Shown here: one piece after another, positions 35,070 to 38,576 of the stretch | Numbering within the stretch: position 1 is the first letter of the stretch | Layout: every line of letters begins with the position of its first letter | Assembly (NCBI GenBank): GCA_964534375.1 | Contig: CAZHPN010000038.1 | Location: 1-38,576, forward strand | DNA: 38,576 nt | DNA from: an uncultured bacterium | GTDB taxonomy: Bacteria; Lernaellota; Lernaellaia; Lernaellales; Lernaellaceae | Direction of reading: 5' to 3' | Translations under genes and position numbers: made by a program | Notes under the pieces: generated by a model | Told to the model about the DNA's origin: nothing | Databases searched by the model: none | The model's input: the letters and a program-made list of their open reading frames with translations, nothing else

Positions 35070-36824
35070 TCAGCGCGTCCAGAGCACCATCGACGGATCG
35101 CCGAACAGGTTGTACTGCTCGAAGTACCGGTGGGCATTCCCCGTGTGATTGCTCTTGGTCCAGACGAACATCTTGCCGGCCAGGGCCATGCTGGCCGCCC
35201 AAACCTGATCCGGCATGACCTGCGTGCTCGGATTGGCGGCGACGGCGGCGAACGCCGCGCCGAACATGCCGCGCTCGTACCAGTCGTCTTCGGTCCAATA
35301 GGAGTACACCGAACTTGCCAGCATCCCCGACGCGCCGTGCGCGACGCGCAGCCAGGTTTCGGAAAAGCATTCATCCTGGGCGTAATCGCCGGTCAGGCAG
35401 GCGAAACTGGCGACGAACGGGTACTCCGTGTTGGTCAGCGCCTCGACATCCGATTGGTAATACGCCGGGCCGTCCGCCCAGTCGGTCACGTCGCCGTGGC
35501 CGGAGAAAACGGTGTAATTCTGACCCGCGTTGACCGCGGCCGTCACTTGCGCCGGCGTCGCGTTGTAAGTGTGGCAATAGAGTTTCGCGCTCGTGTAATG
35601 ATTCGGATCGAGGTAGTTGGCGATGACGAAGTTGTGCGAGCCTTCCGAAATGACATAGTCGTCCTGGCTGGCCAGGAACGCCGCGTTCTTGCGCCAGGCG
35701 CCGCCGTCGGATTCGTAGGCGGCAATTTTGGCAACCATATTGCTCAGGTGCGCCGTGGTGATCGCCGGCAGGCGGCCTAGCAACAGCGAGGGCAGGTAGC
35801 TGCCGGTGTTCAGCACCGAGTAGTAGAGGTCGGTCGGCGGGTTATCCAATTGCGTGCCGACAATGTAGGGGATCGTGTCGACGGCGCCGACGAGCAGCAC
35901 GAAGGTCAGATTGGGCAGCAAATTGTATTGCAGCTTGATGTACGCCGAGATCTCCGCAACGGTCGCCCCGATCGCCTCGACGTCCTCGGTGTGGACCGTC
36001 CAGCCGTCGCGAGTTTTCAAGGCGGCCAGTTCGTCGAGGGCGGTTCCGGCTAGATCGTCCGCATAGATGATGAGGTAGTCGGCGCCTTTTTTCGGCGCGT
36101 CGAAGATCGCCCAGTGGGCGCCGGTGTTGGCGATGTACGCGATTACGATTTCATCGAAAATGGGGTTGCCGAAACGTTCCGCCAGCGCGGTGGTTTGCGC
36201 CAGATCCGCGTCGCTAAGGTGGATCGTCACAGTCAGGTCGCGCGCGACCAACAGCTCGTTTTTCGCGGGGTTGTAGTCGACCGGCGTGATTTCGAGCAGC
36301 GCCAGGCGATGGTTGCGCACCATCTCTTCGTCGACGATGTCCGCGAAACGGCCGACCACGAAGGCGTCGGCGGCGTAAAGGCTTTCGTCCATGGCGAAGG
36401 GCGCGCGGTCGAGCGCCCCGGGCAGTTTCGGCACGGACGGCTGGGTCGGCGCGATCGGGCCGGCCACACGAATTCGCTCGACCATCTTCGGGTCGACGGT
36501 CACCGCGGCCTTCGCGCCGAACGGCAGCAGCACGGCCCGCCGCAACGCCGGCAACGAAGGTTGACCCGTATCGCCCCAGCTATCGAAACCGTCGATGGTC
36601 GCCGCGACGAAATTGCGGCCGTGAATTTCGACGTTTTTCAACTGGACATCGCCGTAGGAAACGTGAAAAACGATCTCGTTCTCGCTCTCGGCCTGCAATG
36701 TCAGGGGCCCCGCCGCCGCGAAGACGCCGCCAGTCCCCGAACCGCCGCCGTTGTCGCCCTCGCCGCAGCCAGCGCAGGCCAGGATCGCGATCGTGAGCAG
36801 GAATAGCATCGTGCGCCAATTCAT
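35070..36824 (-). CDS. C25 (gingipain-family) cysteine peptidase, lipoprotein
   Basis: Lipobox ACAGC; C25 propeptide (GQPSLP, PVDYNP); YLII, FVLLVG, TDLYY, GRLP, SGHG, ACLTG, YNLFGDP. Confidence 0.9.
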   Translation of the reverse strand: MNWRTMLFLLTIAILACAGCGEGDNGGGSGTGGVFAAAGPLTLQAESENEIVFHVSYGDVQLKNVEIHGRNFVAATIDGFDSWGDTGQPSLPALRRAVLLPFGAKAAVTVDPKMVERIRVAGPIAPTQPSVPKLPGALDRAPFAMDESLYAADAFVVGRFADIVDEEMVRNHRLALLEITPVDYNPAKNELLVARDLTVTIHLSDADLAQTTALAERFGNPIFDEIVIAYIANTGAHWAIFDAPKKGADYLIIYADDLAGTALDELAALKTRDGWTVHTEDVEAIGATVAEISAYIKLQYNLLPNLTFVLLVGAVDTIPYIVGTQLDNPPTDLYYSVLNTGSYLPSLLLGRLPAITTAHLSNMVAKIAAYESDGGAWRKNAAFLASQDDYVISEGSHNFVIANYLDPNHYTSAKLYCHTYNATPAQVTAAVNAGQNYTVFSGHGDVTDWADGPAYYQSDVEALTNTEYPFVASFACLTGDYAQDECFSETWLRVAHGASGMLASSVYSYWTEDDWYERGMFGAAFAAVAANPSTQVMPDQVWAASMALAGKMFVWTKSNHTGNAHRYFEQYNLFGDPSMVLWTR

Positions 36825-37272
36825 AGCTCGCCTCTGCTGTAAGGGATCCTCACGTGCGCGAGAACTAGCAATTCGCACATAGAAAGCCGAACGACTATTT
36901 CATTTTATACGCCTGTCCGATCTCGATTTCCACCACGAAAAAATTACCTCAAGAAATTTATTTTCGGGATAAAACGGTTTTGAGATTGCGAATCAGTAAC
37001 ATAGCGGTTGGACAGCTTGCGCATCGTACGAACGCCGCACGCGCCAGACGACCGGCGAAATTTTGACGGTTGCCGAGAAACGGCAGTTTTACGAATTCTC
37101 TAATAATTTCCATTAGATGAAATGTTTTGTCGAGATGACACGCCATTTTCCAGGCGCGACGAGCGCCATACTCGGTAGAATACGCAGCGTTTCGTCATAG
37201 ATTTGGCGAATTCTCTGGCAATCTCGGTAAGAGCGGGTCAAGGTGGCGGGGGCTGGTCGCTACACACATTCA

Positions 37273-37341
37273 TAACTTATTGTTTTTGAAGACTTTTTAT
37301 AGATCCCCCGCGGCATCGCCATCGTTGGCACGCAACTTGAA
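37273..37341 (+). promoter_or_regulatory. Putative sigma54 promoter with an upstream IHF-like site
   Basis: TTGGCACGCAACTTGAA at 37325 (perfect -24 box, variant -12 TTGA); TAACTTATTGTTT at 37273 is near the IHF consensus. Confidence 0.5.
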
Positions 37342-37427
37342 ATCCTAGCGCACCAAATTTGAATCGTGGGTTCGCACATCGAGATTCGGCAACTGAACCG
37401 GGAAACCATTGCGCAAAGGAGCAGGGC

Positions 37428-38576
37428 ATGAAACGCGTGATCCTGGCGGTTTTGGCGGCGGCAATTCTGATGGCGCTGGGCTGCGGCGGAATCAGCGGCG
37501 AACCCGCTGCGGCGACGGCCGCGACCGTCGCCCCGGCATCCGTCGCCGGCGACAAATTTTCGCCGGACTTGATCCCGGCGATCGAGACCGCCGGCCGCAT
37601 CCACGTCATCGTGCAAGCCGATCCGCAAGCCGTTTACCGGCGCGTGGTCGGCGACGCGGCGCAATTCGAAACCAATCCGGCCGTCATTTGGAAGGCCCAC
37701 GATGACGGCGCCGTGATTTGGAAGAACCAACCCGACAGCGCGGTCATTTGGAAAGGCCGGCAGGACGGCGCGGTGATCTGGAAGCTTTCGCCGGAACAGG
37801 CGGTGATCTGGAAAGCGGCGACCGACCAGGCCGTGATTTGGAAATTCGTCGAAAAATTGACGGTCGCCGGCTTCGCGGTCGACGCCGCGTTTGAGTCGAT
37901 TCACGCGGTCAAGATGACGGCGGACCGCGGGACCGTCAACGCGCTCGCGGCGATGGACGAGGTTCTCTACATCACCCCCGACCGGACCGTGAAAGTCGCC
38001 GGCCTCGATATAACCAATGAGACGCTCGGGTTGGGAAATGTCGCGAAGCGCACGAGCGCCGTCGCTTTCACCGGCTTGACCGGCGCCGGCGTCGGCATCG
38101 CGATTATCGATTCGGGCATTGACGCGGCCCAGGGCGATTTTTCGGGGCCGGCGGGCTCGCGGATCGCAGCCGGGAGAAATTTCACGACGGAAGGCGCGGC
38201 CACAGATGTCACCGACGGTTACGGCCACGGCACGCATGTCGCCGGCCTGGTCGCGGGCAACGGTCGGGAATCGTACGTCAACGGCTATAACACCACCTTT
38301 GAAGGCGTCGCGCCGATGGCTACGCTGGTCATCGCCAAGGCGCTCACCAGCCAGGGTTCGGGCACGGTGAGCGGCGCGATCGCGGCCCTGGAGTGGGTGC
38401 TTTCGGTCAAGGCGCAATACAACGTGCGCGTCGTCAACATGTCGCTCGGCCTGCCGCCGCTCGACCCGTGGAGCAAAGACCCGCTGTGCGAGGCCGTGCA
38501 AAACGCCGTCAACAACGGGCTCGTGGTGGCGGTGGCGGCCGGCAACTACGGTTGGTATGACGGCCAGACGCTCTAC
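37428..38576 (+). CDS. S8 subtilisin-like (AprX-type) serine peptidase, lipoprotein; runs off the window end
   Basis: Translated by hand (absent from the ORF track because no stop codon lies within the window): lipobox ALGC, GVGIAIIDSGI, DGYGHGTHVAG, VVNMSLG, VAAGN. Confidence 0.92.
   Translation, partial: MKRVILAVLAAAILMALGCGGISGEPAAATAATVAPASVAGDKFSPDLIPAIETAGRIHVIVQADPQAVYRRVVGDAAQFETNPAVIWKAHDDGAVIWKNQPDSAVIWKGRQDGAVIWKLSPEQAVIWKAATDQAVIWKFVEKLTVAGFAVDAAFESIHAVKMTADRGTVNALAAMDEVLYITPDRTVKVAGLDITNETLGLGNVAKRTSAVAFTGLTGAGVGIAIIDSGIDAAQGDFSGPAGSRIAAGRNFTTEGAATDVTDGYGHGTHVAGLVAGNGRESYVNGYNTTFEGVAPMATLVIAKALTSQGSGTVSGAIAALEWVLSVKAQYNVRVVNMSLGLPPLDPWSKDPLCEAVQNAVNNGLVVAVAAGNYGWYDGQTLY
37680..37844 (+). 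repeat. Six in-frame 30-nt repeats encoding AVIWK-x5
   Basis: GC(C/G)GT(C/G)AT(T/C)TGGAA(A/G) recurs at an exact 30-nt period. Confidence 0.92.

Noticed and set aside
34814..35070. tRNA-anchored genomic island or prophage
   Set aside because: No integrase and no duplicated tRNA 3' end were seen in the window.
37680..37844. Possible CRISPR array (30-nt periodicity)
   Set aside because: The repeats are only 15 nt, vary at synonymous positions, lie in frame within a protease ORF, and no cas genes are present.

Overview
GC-rich bacterial chromosomal window. I found no mobile element, CRISPR array or rRNA. Positions 3.6-18.5 kb hold two diverged tandem copies of a minus-strand type IV minor-pilin cassette. 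Each copy has a FimT/GspH-like, a PilV-like, a giant (~1160 aa) PilW-like pilin fused to FN3/Ig domains, and two PilX-like genes. The region has sigma54 promoters and shared upstream motifs, but no PilY1 and no assembly genes. At 21.7-25.6 kb an Rrf2 regulator with a perfect palindromic operator precedes a tightly coupled operon: an ABC ATPase with no permease partner, a HypB/UreG-type GTPase, an IscS-type cysteine desulfurase and an Fe-S protein, with no IscU or SufB scaffold. Other genes encode a DMT transporter, a HEAT-repeat protein, a small Zn-finger protein, a Tat metallophosphoesterase-CuA fusion, a Cys-rich protein ending in GCGC, a triple FGE-domain protein, a VOC protein and a PQQ-type propeller lipoprotein. 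The window ends with a multiheme cytochrome/Tat subunit/GMC flavoprotein operon, tRNA-Ala(CGC), tRNA-Arg(CCG), and divergent C25 and S8 lipoprotein peptidases. Several 7- and 9-mer microsatellite palindromes are present, and one composite repeat block is inserted in frame in a prepilin leader. All calls come from manual motif reading; no database search was run.
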